Assembly (NCBI GenBank): GCA_008933615.1
Contig: WBUR01000025.1
Coordinates: 8-64,007 of the forward strand
DNA: 64,000 bases
Direction of reading: 5' to 3'
From: a bacterium
Lineage (GTDB): Bacteria > CLD3 > SB21
Shown here piece after piece: positions 17,944-27,694 of the stretch (positions are counted from its first letter, which is position 1; every line of letters starts with the position of its first letter). Under the pieces are notes generated by a model that worked only from the letters and a program-made list of their open reading frames with translations, was not told where the DNA came from and did no database searches. The position numbers were made by a program, and so were the translations under genes.

Positions 17944-19185
17944 TTAAGGCAATGGCGCTTTTTCGATACAGCGCACGGTATCACGCGCAATGAGCAGTTC
18001 CTCATTGGTTGGAATCGACCACAATGTTACTGCAGATTTATCGTCAGAGAATAATCCTTCTTTTCCGTGCAATGCTTTATTTTTGTCCTGATCTATTTTT
18101 ATGCCCATGATCTCCAAACCTTCGCATATTTTTGCGCGGATCAAATCGGAGTTTTCGCCGATGCCGCCGGTGAATATGAGCGCCTGGACATTGCCTATCG
18201 CCGCGATGTAAGAACCAATATATTTTCTAATTCGATAACAGTACATGGTGATGGCCAGTTTTGCGCGGCGGTCATCGTGTTCTTCCGCTTCGGCTATGAT
18301 TTCCCGCATATCGTTGGTCAGGCCGGAAATGCCGAGCAGGCCGGATTCTTTATTGAGAATCGATTCCACTTCCGCGAGCGAATATCCTTCTTTGTGCGAC
18401 AGAAACTGAATGATCGCGGGGTCGATGTCGCCCGAGCGCGTGCCCATGATCAGTCCTTCGAGCGGCGTCATGCCCATCGACGTATCGATCGAGTTGCCGT
18501 TTTTGATCGCGCAAACGGAACTGCCGTTGCCGAGATGCAGCGTGATAACATTAACCTGTTTTTTCTGCAGATTGTTCAGTAACCGGTAACGGTAGGCCAC
18601 GTATCGGTGCGACGTGCCGTGGAATCCGTAGCGGCGAACTTTATAACGCCGGTACATTTGATAGGGGATCGCATACAAATAAGCATGATCCGGCATCGTA
18701 TGATGAAAGGCTGTGTCAAAGACGGCGATCTGAGGAACGCCGTTTCCAAAAATGTCATTGATAGCGTACACGCCTTTCAAATTAGCGGGATTATGCAGGG
18801 GCGCTAATTCAATACAGTCTTCAATATCCCGTATAATTTGTTCGTTCAGCATAACCGATCGTGTGAATTTTTCACCGCCGTGCACCATCCGGTGACCGAC
18901 GGCGTGTATGTCTTTCAGCGATTTAATGTTCGGGATATTGGCTTCCTTGGAAATGATCCACTTGACGATCTTGTCAATCGCGATCTTGTGATCGCGGATC
19001 GGCGCCGTTTGCTTCACCGGAGGATTTCCCTCCGCCTTAAAAGAAATAATCGATTCGCTTCCGATGCGTTCAATGATGCCGGAAACCAATTTTTTATCAC
19101 CGCTTTTTGTTATAAGATCCAGATCCGTTTCGATGACTTGAAACTTTACGGAGGAACTCCCGCTATTTAATACAAGTATATTCAT
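17944..19185 (-). CDS. ackA: Acetate kinase
   Basis: MNILVLNSGSSSVKFQ N-terminus, with HRMVHGG, GFHGTSH and IFTGGIGENS motifs. The ATG at 19185 has GAGGTGG just upstream; the ORF-track start at 19197 is a TTG. Confidence 0.95.
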   Translation of the reverse strand: MNILVLNSGSSSVKFQVIETDLDLITKSGDKKLVSGIIERIGSESIISFKAEGNPPVKQTAPIRDHKIAIDKIVKWIISKEANIPNIKSLKDIHAVGHRMVHGGEKFTRSVMLNEQIIRDIEDCIELAPLHNPANLKGVYAINDIFGNGVPQIAVFDTAFHHTMPDHAYLYAIPYQMYRRYKVRRYGFHGTSHRYVAYRYRLLNNLQKKQVNVITLHLGNGSSVCAIKNGNSIDTSMGMTPLEGLIMGTRSGDIDPAIIQFLSHKEGYSLAEVESILNKESGLLGISGLTNDMREIIAEAEEHDDRRAKLAITMYCYRIRKYIGSYIAAIGNVQALIFTGGIGENSDLIRAKICEGLEIMGIKIDQDKNKALHGKEGLFSDDKSAVTLWSIPTNEELLIARDTVRCIEKAPLP

Positions 19186-19479
19186 ATACCACCTCAATTT
19201 TTGTTGAATTTAATACAATCAAACTGAAAAACCAATGACAACGGTCATGTTTTGAACTACAAGAAACACCTGATTTTCCCTGATTTATCTTCGACCCTTG
19301 CTGCATAAATATACACTTTGATTCGATTGAAAATGAGAGCTATTAATCATAAATTAGATCGGCGAATATTTTTTCAGGAAACGAGAAAGGTTAAAAAACC
19401 CTGAATTGTTGAGCCTTTAGTATCGCTTTCATAAAATTGTTATCTTGCTTCAACAGAGATCTAAAAACTAACTGACGCG

Positions 19480-20616
19480 ATGCAGCCTAATATTGATATT
19501 TATTCCATCATTGGTATTATTGGTTTTATTCAAGGAATTTTTCTCTCCATAGTATTGGTTTTTCATCGGACGGGGAATCGAATTGCCAATTATTTTTTAG
19601 CGGCCTTTTTGTTTGTTTTTTCAATAGACATCTTGGGGACGATTGCCGATTATGCCGGTTACTATTTTCTGTTTCCCAATTTATATCTTATTACCGACCC
19701 ATTAGATTGGGCTGTCGGCCCATTGTTGTTTCTGTATGTTGTGGCTCTAACCCAGAAGGGGTTCAGGCTAAAAAAATATTATTTTTTGCATTTCGTTCCT
19801 TTTATTCTGCTTGGTTTGGTTTTCGCTCCGATTTGGTTTCAAAGCGCAGAATGGAAATTGGACTTGATCAAAGAATCATATAACGAAAGACTAACTAATA
19901 CGGGCAGTTCAGATAATTTTCAAAGCAAGATTGTAATAGCCTTATTTTTTTGTACACAGCCCTTGGTTTATATTATTTTGATATTTAAAACGCTTCATCA
20001 ACATACGATGAATCTGAAAAATCAATTTTCTACCATCGGAAAAATTAACTTAAAATGGATTACTTATCTTTTGATCATCATTACCCTGATTTGGATGGCA
20101 TGGTTCATTCTATTTTTGAATCTGTCCAATTCTGATGACGTGATCATATTACCGGTTATTTTTTCATTTTTTGTCTATGGCATGGGGTATTTTGGTCTTC
20201 GACAGCCAGCTATTTTTGCGCAGGAACAAGAAGCATATGTGACTAAATATGAGAATTCACCTTTAACAGACGATCAATCAAAACACTATATGTTAATATT
20301 AACAGAGCTGATGGAAAAGGAACAATTATATATAGATTCCGATCTCTGTCTTGACACATTGTCGCATAAGTTGAGTCTCCCTGCTCGTTATGTATCTCAG
20401 ATTATCAATGAACAAACAAAGCAGAATTTTTTTGATTTTGTCAATCGATACCGAATTGATCAAGCTAAACGCTTATTATTGGAAAGTAAGGACGGACGGA
20501 CGAATATTTTGAGTATTGCTTATGACGTCGGGTTTAATTCTAAATCGGCCTTTAATACAGCTTTTAAAAAATATACGCACTCAACACCCTCAGCCTATAA
20601 AAAATCTGTCACTTAG
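19480..20616 (+). CDS. Membrane-anchored AraC-family transcriptional regulator
   Basis: About 230-aa N-terminal polytopic hydrophobic domain. C-terminal AraC HTH pair (LDTLSHKLSLPARYVSQIIN..., ILSIAYDVGFNSKSAFNTAFKKYTHSTPSAYKK). Confidence 0.85.
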   Translation: MQPNIDIYSIIGIIGFIQGIFLSIVLVFHRTGNRIANYFLAAFLFVFSIDILGTIADYAGYYFLFPNLYLITDPLDWAVGPLLFLYVVALTQKGFRLKKYYFLHFVPFILLGLVFAPIWFQSAEWKLDLIKESYNERLTNTGSSDNFQSKIVIALFFCTQPLVYIILIFKTLHQHTMNLKNQFSTIGKINLKWITYLLIIITLIWMAWFILFLNLSNSDDVIILPVIFSFFVYGMGYFGLRQPAIFAQEQEAYVTKYENSPLTDDQSKHYMLILTELMEKEQLYIDSDLCLDTLSHKLSLPARYVSQIINEQTKQNFFDFVNRYRIDQAKRLLLESKDGRTNILSIAYDVGFNSKSAFNTAFKKYTHSTPSAYKKSVT

Positions 20617-20752
20617 ATAACCCTGTTTCTTAAAGGTTTAAGAACATTTACGATTATTTTTTAGTTCTGATGAATGCATCAGGACGATATTTTCTATCTA
20701 TTTTCATATTATTACAAGTGGAAACAAAAAACTAAATTATGAAAGTAATACT

Positions 20753-21832
20753 ATGAAAAAAACGCTCTTAATAATCGTGATTGCAAACTTTTTATTTGGC
20801 TGTTCCGCGGACACTTCTGATCGTAAAGATTTTATTTTTATCCAAATGCTTAAAAAATATGATCAATCATCGGCTTTGAGTGTCGTTCGTAATGATACGG
20901 TATTGGCCGATTATAATGCCAATGTACTATTACCTTTGGCCAGCACTGCGAAAACTCTTATCGCATTAGAATACGCCAAACAAGCGGCTGCAAATGAAAT
21001 CAATCCGGATTCGATGATCAATCTGGATTGTCTCGAGCGGTTTTATATCGAAGGAACGGACGGTGGGGCGCATCCGATGTGGATAAATTATTTGAATCAA
21101 AATAACTTAATTATCAACCATCAAGTGCCATTGAGAGAGGTCGCACGAGGCATGATTGATTTCAGTTCAAACGCAAATACGGAGTTTTTGATGGAACGAC
21201 TCACTTTGGATAGGATCAATCAACAGATAACCGAACTGAATGTAGAACATACACCCATGTATTATTTTATTTCAGCGCTCGGCATCGGTTTGGACAGGTC
21301 TATCGCGCAAGATTCATTGATTCGCTTTCTAAATAATCTGAGTTTTGAAGAAAGATCTCATCACGCCGAAATAATTCACGGCAAATTGGCAACCGATTTC
21401 GATGGTACATTTAAGGCTAGTCTAAATGAGCAGAACCTGAGCCTGAGCGCTCAAAAAATATGGTCAGACCATCTGCCGGCGTCTACTGCTAAAGCGTACG
21501 TTGATATAATGAAAAAAATAAATGACCGAAATTTTCCATCTGAAATACTGTTTCATATCGACGAAGTGTTTGATACGCTCACCCGCTTAAGTCCTGCAAA
21601 TCGGGAACTATTTTATCATGCAGGCGGCAAAGGCGGGGACACGGATTGGATATTGACTCTGGCTTTCTATTTTAATGAAAAATCAGGTTCAAAAACCGAG
21701 TTTGCAGTTTTCTTTAATAATCTTTCAGGAGCTGATAAATACAGCCTGGAAAACAACATAAATAATTTCATGGTTAAATTGATTGAGGATTCCGATTTTA
21801 GGGAAGAGTTAATAACCAATTTTCGTAACTAG
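20753..21832 (+). CDS. Serine hydrolase lipoprotein with a class A beta-lactamase-like fold
   Basis: Lipobox FLFGCS. S-x-x-K motif (LASTAKTL), S-x-N-like FSSNAN, and a K-T-G-like GGKGGDTD. Confidence 0.7.
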   Translation: MKKTLLIIVIANFLFGCSADTSDRKDFIFIQMLKKYDQSSALSVVRNDTVLADYNANVLLPLASTAKTLIALEYAKQAAANEINPDSMINLDCLERFYIEGTDGGAHPMWINYLNQNNLIINHQVPLREVARGMIDFSSNANTEFLMERLTLDRINQQITELNVEHTPMYYFISALGIGLDRSIAQDSLIRFLNNLSFEERSHHAEIIHGKLATDFDGTFKASLNEQNLSLSAQKIWSDHLPASTAKAYVDIMKKINDRNFPSEILFHIDEVFDTLTRLSPANRELFYHAGGKGGDTDWILTLAFYFNEKSGSKTEFAVFFNNLSGADKYSLENNINNFMVKLIEDSDFREELITNFRN

Positions 21833-21865
21833 TTTCAACATCCGGAAAGGTGTACATTTCTAAAT

Positions 21866-24415
21866 ATGAGTAACTGTATCTTAAGAATCTTTACGTTGCT
21901 GTTTTTGTATTTAGGCAACAGTTATGGTCAAACCCAAATCACCGGTGTTGTAAAAGATGCGGATACGGACGAACTGCTGATCGGCGCCAATGTTTTTCTG
22001 AAGGAAACCAAGCGGGGCAGCGTTACCAATACGAACGCGTACTTCTCCATTCAGGCCGATGAAGGCGTGTACACTTTGGTGTCGCAGTACATCGGTTACA
22101 AAAATTATTCGAACCGCGTTGAACTAAAAAAGGGTGAAAAAAAGTATATAGTCATCCGCCTGCATCCTGAACAAATTGAAGGCGAAACGATAACGGTGAT
22201 GGCCGACAGGGATGAAGTTGCCAATCGGATAGAAACCAGCGTGATCGACGTGAAACCGACCCAGGTTAAGAAATTACCGGGCGCATTTGAGGACGTGTTC
22301 CGCTCCGTCGCAACTTTGCCCGGCGTGATCTCGACGAGCGATTTTAGTTCGCAGATCGTCGTGCGCGGCGGGAATCCCGATCAGAACCTGATATTATTGG
22401 ACGGAGCAGAATTATTTAATCCCTACCGGCTCTTCGGTGTGACCAGCGCTTTCAATCCGCAAACCGTGTCGAGTTTTGAACTTTCTCAGGGAGGATTTCC
22501 CGCCCGTTTCGGTGACCGCTTGTCCGGTGTGCTGCAAGTTCAGAACCGAAACGGTAATTTCGAACGGGTATTCGTCGGTAATATTAACGCGAGCATTACG
22601 GATGCCAATCTGATTTTTGAAGGCCGGTTGCCTCAAGAGGTAAACGGCTCGTGGCTTTTTACGACGCGGCGAACGTATTACGATCTGGTAGCCAATAAAT
22701 TTATTGACGGCGCCACGGCTTTGCCGTTCTTTCTCGATTTTCAAGGTAAGATCTCGGTTGCGCCGTGGGAAAAACACAGTTTTTCCTTTCTCGGAATTAC
22801 CAGCCGGGAAGGCGTGGATATCACCGCGCCCGATCAAAAAGACGGCGACAGTATCCGGGTTTTCAATACCTCGCACAATAATCTGCTCAGCGGTTCCTGG
22901 TTCTACGCGCCGGCCGACAACCTGACCATAACGTCGATAATGTCTTATTATCAGAATCCTAATCGCAGTGATTTCGGAGGTAGCGGTGAATTCGGTAATG
23001 CATCCACCATTGACACGGCGCAGCTTTTCAGCGTTAATTTACAGCAGAACATTTCCAGTTTCACGCTGAAGCAGGAGTATGACTATAGGATCAATGCGGA
23101 GCATCAACTGGAGAGCGGTTTTCAATACCAGACGGTCACCTCCGATATCCGATGGAAAGTAAAACAAACCATTATCTCCGGTGGAAACAACGGCAATGAG
23201 GGCGGGGCGAGTCTGCCGCAATTCTTCAGTTCACCCCGCAGAGGAAAAGTCAAGCTGGGCGTATATGCGCAGGATACATGGAAACTGGACCCGAAGTGGA
23301 CGCTTCAGGGCGGACTGCGCTTCGATTATGCCGAGATCAATGACCGCTACTCGATGTCGCCGCGCCTCAATGCGGTGTATAAACTGAACGATCAAACCCG
23401 CTTCAAAGGCGCATGGGGCGTGTATTACCAGTCTCCCGGTTACGAGAAATTTGTCAATCAAAACTTCTTTGTCGACTATTCAAAAAAAATCGACATCAAG
23501 CCGGAAATGGCCATACATTACATTTTGGGGATGGAACATTTTTTCAACAGAAAAACTTTGCTCAAAACGGAGGTGTATTATAAACCGTATTACAACCTGA
23601 TCGCAGGAAAAGAACTTGTGATCAATGACGGCACGAATACGGTGCCCATTCTGTTTCAGGACGCGTTTGGAAATCCGATCAGCCCTGCGGACTCGGCGGA
23701 CATTATCGCGCGAATTGATCGACGCACCGTCAGCACCGTGCCGAGCAACGGCGGGAAAGGGTATGCGTACGGATTTGAAGTTTTTTTGCAGCGGGATAGC
23801 AAATCGGCCAAAGACAAATTCAGCGGATGGGTTTCCTACGCGTATTCGGTCGCAAAACGGAAGACGTATGGAACGCAATCGTATTTTGATTTCGATCAGC
23901 GGCACACGCTCAGTTTGGTTGGAAATTATTTATTCAAGCGGTGGTTTGAATTTTCAGCGAAACTCAAAGTCGGTTCGGGATTTCCGGCGACCGCGCCCGT
24001 GGGTTCGGTTCCTCAGCAATTTATCGTCGATACGAAAGACGCCAACGGATACGGCGACGGCGTGGCCGACTCTATCATCGTTCGTTTTGACCCCAACGGC
24101 CGTCTGGTGCAAACGATCCATTTCGGCGGAGAAGAAAATAAGAATCTAAAAAGGCTGCCTGTGTATCACCGTCTCGACCTGCGCGCGTCGTTTTATGCCC
24201 GTTTCTGGGGCGCGAAGTGGACGTTTTATCTTGACGCGATCAACGTGTATGATCAAAAAAATGTTTTTCAATATGATTACGAATTCCGGAAAGCCCGAAA
24301 CTCGACCGGGCAAAAGGAAATTGTTTACGACAGTAACGGCCAGCCCGTCATCAAACGGAGTAAGACTTTAGAATTTCCGTTCCTGCCGACTATCGGACTG
24401 AGCATGGTGTTTTAG
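21866..24415 (+). CDS. TonB-dependent receptor with an N-terminal carboxypeptidase-regulatory-like domain
   Basis: CarbopepD_reg-like TGVVKDADTDELLIGANVFLKETKRGSVTNTNAYFSI. Plug region (DVFRSVATLPGV...VVRGGNPDQNLILLDG). 22-strand-type barrel ending in the aromatic terminal motif LSMVF. Confidence 0.9.
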   Translation: MSNCILRIFTLLFLYLGNSYGQTQITGVVKDADTDELLIGANVFLKETKRGSVTNTNAYFSIQADEGVYTLVSQYIGYKNYSNRVELKKGEKKYIVIRLHPEQIEGETITVMADRDEVANRIETSVIDVKPTQVKKLPGAFEDVFRSVATLPGVISTSDFSSQIVVRGGNPDQNLILLDGAELFNPYRLFGVTSAFNPQTVSSFELSQGGFPARFGDRLSGVLQVQNRNGNFERVFVGNINASITDANLIFEGRLPQEVNGSWLFTTRRTYYDLVANKFIDGATALPFFLDFQGKISVAPWEKHSFSFLGITSREGVDITAPDQKDGDSIRVFNTSHNNLLSGSWFYAPADNLTITSIMSYYQNPNRSDFGGSGEFGNASTIDTAQLFSVNLQQNISSFTLKQEYDYRINAEHQLESGFQYQTVTSDIRWKVKQTIISGGNNGNEGGASLPQFFSSPRRGKVKLGVYAQDTWKLDPKWTLQGGLRFDYAEINDRYSMSPRLNAVYKLNDQTRFKGAWGVYYQSPGYEKFVNQNFFVDYSKKIDIKPEMAIHYILGMEHFFNRKTLLKTEVYYKPYYNLIAGKELVINDGTNTVPILFQDAFGNPISPADSADIIARIDRRTVSTVPSNGGKGYAYGFEVFLQRDSKSAKDKFSGWVSYAYSVAKRKTYGTQSYFDFDQRHTLSLVGNYLFKRWFEFSAKLKVGSGFPATAPVGSVPQQFIVDTKDANGYGDGVADSIIVRFDPNGRLVQTIHFGGEENKNLKRLPVYHRLDLRASFYARFWGAKWTFYLDAINVYDQKNVFQYDYEFRKARNSTGQKEIVYDSNGQPVIKRSKTLEFPFLPTIGLSMVF

Positions 24416-24419
24416 ATAT

Positions 24420-24519
24420 AACCTCACCCTGTCCCTCTCCTCAGCGAGGAGAGGGCACGTACTTTCTCGATTAGTACGTCCCCTTCTCCTTTTCAAGGAG
24501 AAGGGACAGGGTTGAGGTT
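24420..24519. repeat. 100-bp compound palindromic (REP/MITE-like) element
   Basis: Outer arms AACCTCACCCTGTCCCTCTCC / GGAGAAGGGACAGGGTTGAGGTT. Two inner hairpins: CCCTCTCC-TCAGCGA-GGAGAGGG and CCCCTTCTCC-TTTTCAA-GGAGAAGGG. The central GTAC...GTAC lies between them. Confidence 0.8.
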
Positions 24520-24530
24520 GGAAACCCGAT

Positions 24531-24602
24531 CCCGTGATCGAACGCAGCAAAACCCACGAATTTCCGTTCCTGCCGGCGATTAGATTGAGTATGGTGTTTT
24601 AA
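24531..24602 (+). pseudogene. Relic second copy of the last ~23 codons of the TonB-dependent receptor gene
   Basis: CCCGTGATCGAACGCAGCAAAACCCACGAATTTCCGTTCCTGCCGGCGATTAGATTGAGTATGGTGTTTTAA parallels 24344-24415 (PVIKRSKTLEFPFLPTIGLSMVF* versus PVIERSKTHEFPFLPAIRLSMVF*). Confidence 0.75.
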
Positions 24603-24644
24603 TTTGATTTGCCGATTTTGAGAAAAAATTATCAAAAAAAAAGA

Positions 24645-24673
24645 TTGACAATATAATTTCGATTGTCTAGAAT
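24645..24673 (+). promoter_or_regulatory. Consensus-like sigma70 promoter with an embedded inverted repeat
   Basis: TTGACA (24645-24650), 17-nt spacer, TAGAAT (24668-24673). The spacer contains GACAAT...ATTGTC. Confidence 0.55.
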
Positions 24674-24807
24674 TAGGGTAGCCTAAATGTTTTGGGTTTG
24701 ATTTATCGTGGCAAATTCAAATGTCTAATTCCCTTACTATCAAAAAAACCGGGTTGAATATCTCAACCATTGCCTCCAAGACAACAGTTAACCAAACAGG
24801 TGGAAAA

Positions 24808-26793
24808 ATGCGTTTTTTACAAACAGTTTTTGTATTAGGTGTCACGTTGTTATTTAGCACAGGATGCGCTTCATTTAAAGAGATTTCTGAAACACAAAAA
24901 ACTTACGGTTTACGGAGAATGCCGAATGCAGAAGATTTTCCGAATTCGGATGCAGTTACAGTTATTGAATCGCATTTTATTGACATGAATTTTGATACGA
25001 ATGACAATATTTATACCGTTGAAGAGACGCATGTAGTGCAGCGTGTTTTTAGGAATTTTGACAAATATGCCAATGTAGAAATTATGCTTGATCATGATGA
25101 CAAACTCATGTCCATCGAAGCACGAACGATTAACCCTGAAGGTGAGGTCGTCACGTTATTGTCTACAGATTTTCATACTGCAACCGGTGTCACTTACGAA
25201 TCTGAATTTATTTCGGATCGAAAAGCGATTCGGTTTGCATTCAAGAATGTCCAAGCCGGTTCAGTGCTAGAATACAAATGTCGTATACTGAGTGATTTTG
25301 CATACGGAGGAGTTACTTGGCATGTACAACAAGACATTCCGGTAATTTTGAACGTAATGAAATTATCTGTCCCTACCTATTTGGTTGATAAGCTGACTTT
25401 GCTCGATGAAAATCAAAAAGAATACAAGTGGGATTGGATATACAAGGCTTATGGAATGGATATCGGCCAACCTACAGTTGAAAGACCTCTATCAAACCAG
25501 GTTGAGGACGAACAAAAATATATTTTTACTTGGAAACTAAAAAAAATTCATAGCTTTCAACGGGAGCCCTTTTGCCCGCCGTATACAGAAACAGTCGGAC
25601 ATGTAAGATTTGCAACAAAAACATCTTGGAACGGCATTGCTAAGCGTTACATGGATCGGTTTTGGAATCCACAGGCGTTGATTACACCAAAAGTATTGGA
25701 AAAAACGAATCGAATTATTGAAGGAGTTTCCAGTGATGAAGAGAAGGTTCGTCTTTTGAGTAATTATGTAAAATCGATTCGGTATACGGCTATACAACTC
25801 GGAGACGGTGGATATAGACCACGAAAACCTCAGGAAGTGATAGATACGCAATACGGTGACTGCAAGGATAAATCGACACTTCTCATAACCATGCTGCGAT
25901 CTATTGGTATAGTTGCAAAACCTGTACTAGTCAGAACATACAACCGAGGACAACTCGATCCTGAATTTCAAGGTATGGGTTGGTTTAATCACATGATCGC
26001 CAAAGTTGAGTTGCCCGATCAGACCCTTTGGATTGATCCGACTTCAGAAAACTCACAATTCGGCGAACTTCCATGGTTAGATGAAGGCGTATGGGTTTGC
26101 GTGCTGGATTCCAACAAAGCTCAAATTGAAAAAACACCCGTTCGCGATCAAAATCAGAACAAAATGGACGTTAAAATTCAAGCCGTGTTGTTCGGAGAAT
26201 CGGGCATGAATTTCCATTTTGTAATTGAGCATTACGGCAACTGGGCTTTGTTCCTTAGCAACGAACTCAAGGATCTATCTTTATCCGATCTTCAAAAATA
26301 CTGCAAAAGCCTGGTTGCGGATGAATTTCTGAACTCCAAGATTCAAAACATAAAGCTGTCCAAACGAGAAGGGATAGATAAACCTCTTACCTTGGAATTT
26401 GATGCCGTAATGCCTAACGCCATTCAGCAACAAGGTGACCTTTGTTATGCTAAAATCGATCCGTTTAAAATGTTTGAGAGTATGACATGGTTATCCTCTG
26501 AGAACCGGAGATATCCTATTCGTTACAGCTATCCATATTCCGTTCACAAAACGGTTCAAATCAAACTATCGGATGCCTATAAGGTAAGGAATTTACCAAA
26601 AACATTGAAACTCAGCACGTATGATCTTGACTATATGAGTTCGTATGAAAATCAATCCGATTCCGAATTGATTTTCAAAGAAGATTATGCGGTTAAATCA
26701 CGCGAAATTCCTGCTTCAGAATATCAAAGCATCCAGACATTTTTTTCCAGGATACAGAACAGCTCTGCGGAGAAAGTGGTACTTACAAAGTGA
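24808..26793 (+). CDS. DUF3857-type transglutaminase-like lipoprotein
   Basis: The ATG at 24808 is preceded by GGTGGA and followed by a lipoprotein signal (LLFSTGC). Transglutaminase-core Cys-His-Asp triad (YGDCKDKSTLL, FNHMIAKV, WIDPT). The ORF extends upstream to 24721. Confidence 0.8.
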   Translation: MRFLQTVFVLGVTLLFSTGCASFKEISETQKTYGLRRMPNAEDFPNSDAVTVIESHFIDMNFDTNDNIYTVEETHVVQRVFRNFDKYANVEIMLDHDDKLMSIEARTINPEGEVVTLLSTDFHTATGVTYESEFISDRKAIRFAFKNVQAGSVLEYKCRILSDFAYGGVTWHVQQDIPVILNVMKLSVPTYLVDKLTLLDENQKEYKWDWIYKAYGMDIGQPTVERPLSNQVEDEQKYIFTWKLKKIHSFQREPFCPPYTETVGHVRFATKTSWNGIAKRYMDRFWNPQALITPKVLEKTNRIIEGVSSDEEKVRLLSNYVKSIRYTAIQLGDGGYRPRKPQEVIDTQYGDCKDKSTLLITMLRSIGIVAKPVLVRTYNRGQLDPEFQGMGWFNHMIAKVELPDQTLWIDPTSENSQFGELPWLDEGVWVCVLDSNKAQIEKTPVRDQNQNKMDVKIQAVLFGESGMNFHFVIEHYGNWALFLSNELKDLSLSDLQKYCKSLVADEFLNSKIQNIKLSKREGIDKPLTLEFDAVMPNAIQQQGDLCYAKIDPFKMFESMTWLSSENRRYPIRYSYPYSVHKTVQIKLSDAYKVRNLPKTLKLSTYDLDYMSSYENQSDSELIFKEDYAVKSREIPASEYQSIQTFFSRIQNSSAEKVVLTK

Positions 26794-26812
26794 AAATTGA
26801 ATTAGAAAAAAA

Positions 26813-27670
26813 ATGAGGTTTATTATGATTTCCAAATCTATTCAACAATTATTCTACAGTTCGGTATTATTTATAATTCTGATAACCCCAAGTGAGGTTT
26901 TAGGGCAGAGTGATTCCTTATATCGAGAATCATTTCCGGATGATTTGTTTTTGGAACAAGATAAGATAGATATGTTGAAAACACCCGGTTTCGTAATTCC
27001 GAACAAGAAAATTCACATTATTATGGGATATAGCCAAGAGTTTTCAGCGACAAAGAGTCAGTTTGAAAAGAGATTTGGAACTTCTTCATCTGGATTAACC
27101 ACGTTGTCGGGAGTTTTTGTGGGCGCTGAATTTCAGATATCTCCAAGACTAACGACTTACGCGCATTTTGTGCTTCCACAAAAATTGAATTCAAAACTTG
27201 TTTCACCATACGTATCGCTAAGCTTTGAAACAAAACATGAACTGTCATATGGCACGATTTTTCGTCTGGGGACGATCTTCGATTTAAAACGGTATTCACA
27301 TTGGGATGTAAGCGCTGGAATTGGAACAGACATACAAAACACTTCTATGAAAAGTACCTTGTTGAGTAATAAAAACGCGATTCCGAACTCCGTCTTAATT
27401 ATTACCAACAAGAACCAAAGTAGTATTTCATTCGGTGTTTTTGGAACAGCTTGTGCTGACTATTATGTTTCAAATGCGATTTCCATTCAAGCCAAACTGC
27501 AATTGAACCTCAGGCCAGTTCCAACTAAAATCAAAGAACAACAACTTATAAGGCGCGCTAATCTATATTTTGGGTCCTATGATTATATTGTGAATACGTT
27601 TTCGACGTTTAATACAGGAGGAGCCGCTATGGTATTTGAACTTGGGGCTCGCTGGCATTTAAGTAACTGA
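26813..27670 (+). CDS. Hypothetical secreted protein, possibly an outer-membrane beta-barrel
   Basis: Signal peptide and alternating hydrophobic beta-strand-like pattern. 19 nt downstream of the transglutaminase-like gene. Confidence 0.5.
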   Translation: MRFIMISKSIQQLFYSSVLFIILITPSEVLGQSDSLYRESFPDDLFLEQDKIDMLKTPGFVIPNKKIHIIMGYSQEFSATKSQFEKRFGTSSSGLTTLSGVFVGAEFQISPRLTTYAHFVLPQKLNSKLVSPYVSLSFETKHELSYGTIFRLGTIFDLKRYSHWDVSAGIGTDIQNTSMKSTLLSNKNAIPNSVLIITNKNQSSISFGVFGTACADYYVSNAISIQAKLQLNLRPVPTKIKEQQLIRRANLYFGSYDYIVNTFSTFNTGGAAMVFELGARWHLSN

Positions 27671-27694
27671 AAGCATAATAAAAAATCTTCCCTC

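Noticed and set aside
24368-24550. 60-aa minus-strand ORF spanning the 100-bp palindrome (…PQPCPFSLKRRRGRTNREST…)
   Set aside because: It is a translation artefact of the palindromic repeat and overlaps the receptor gene's 3' end on the opposite strand.
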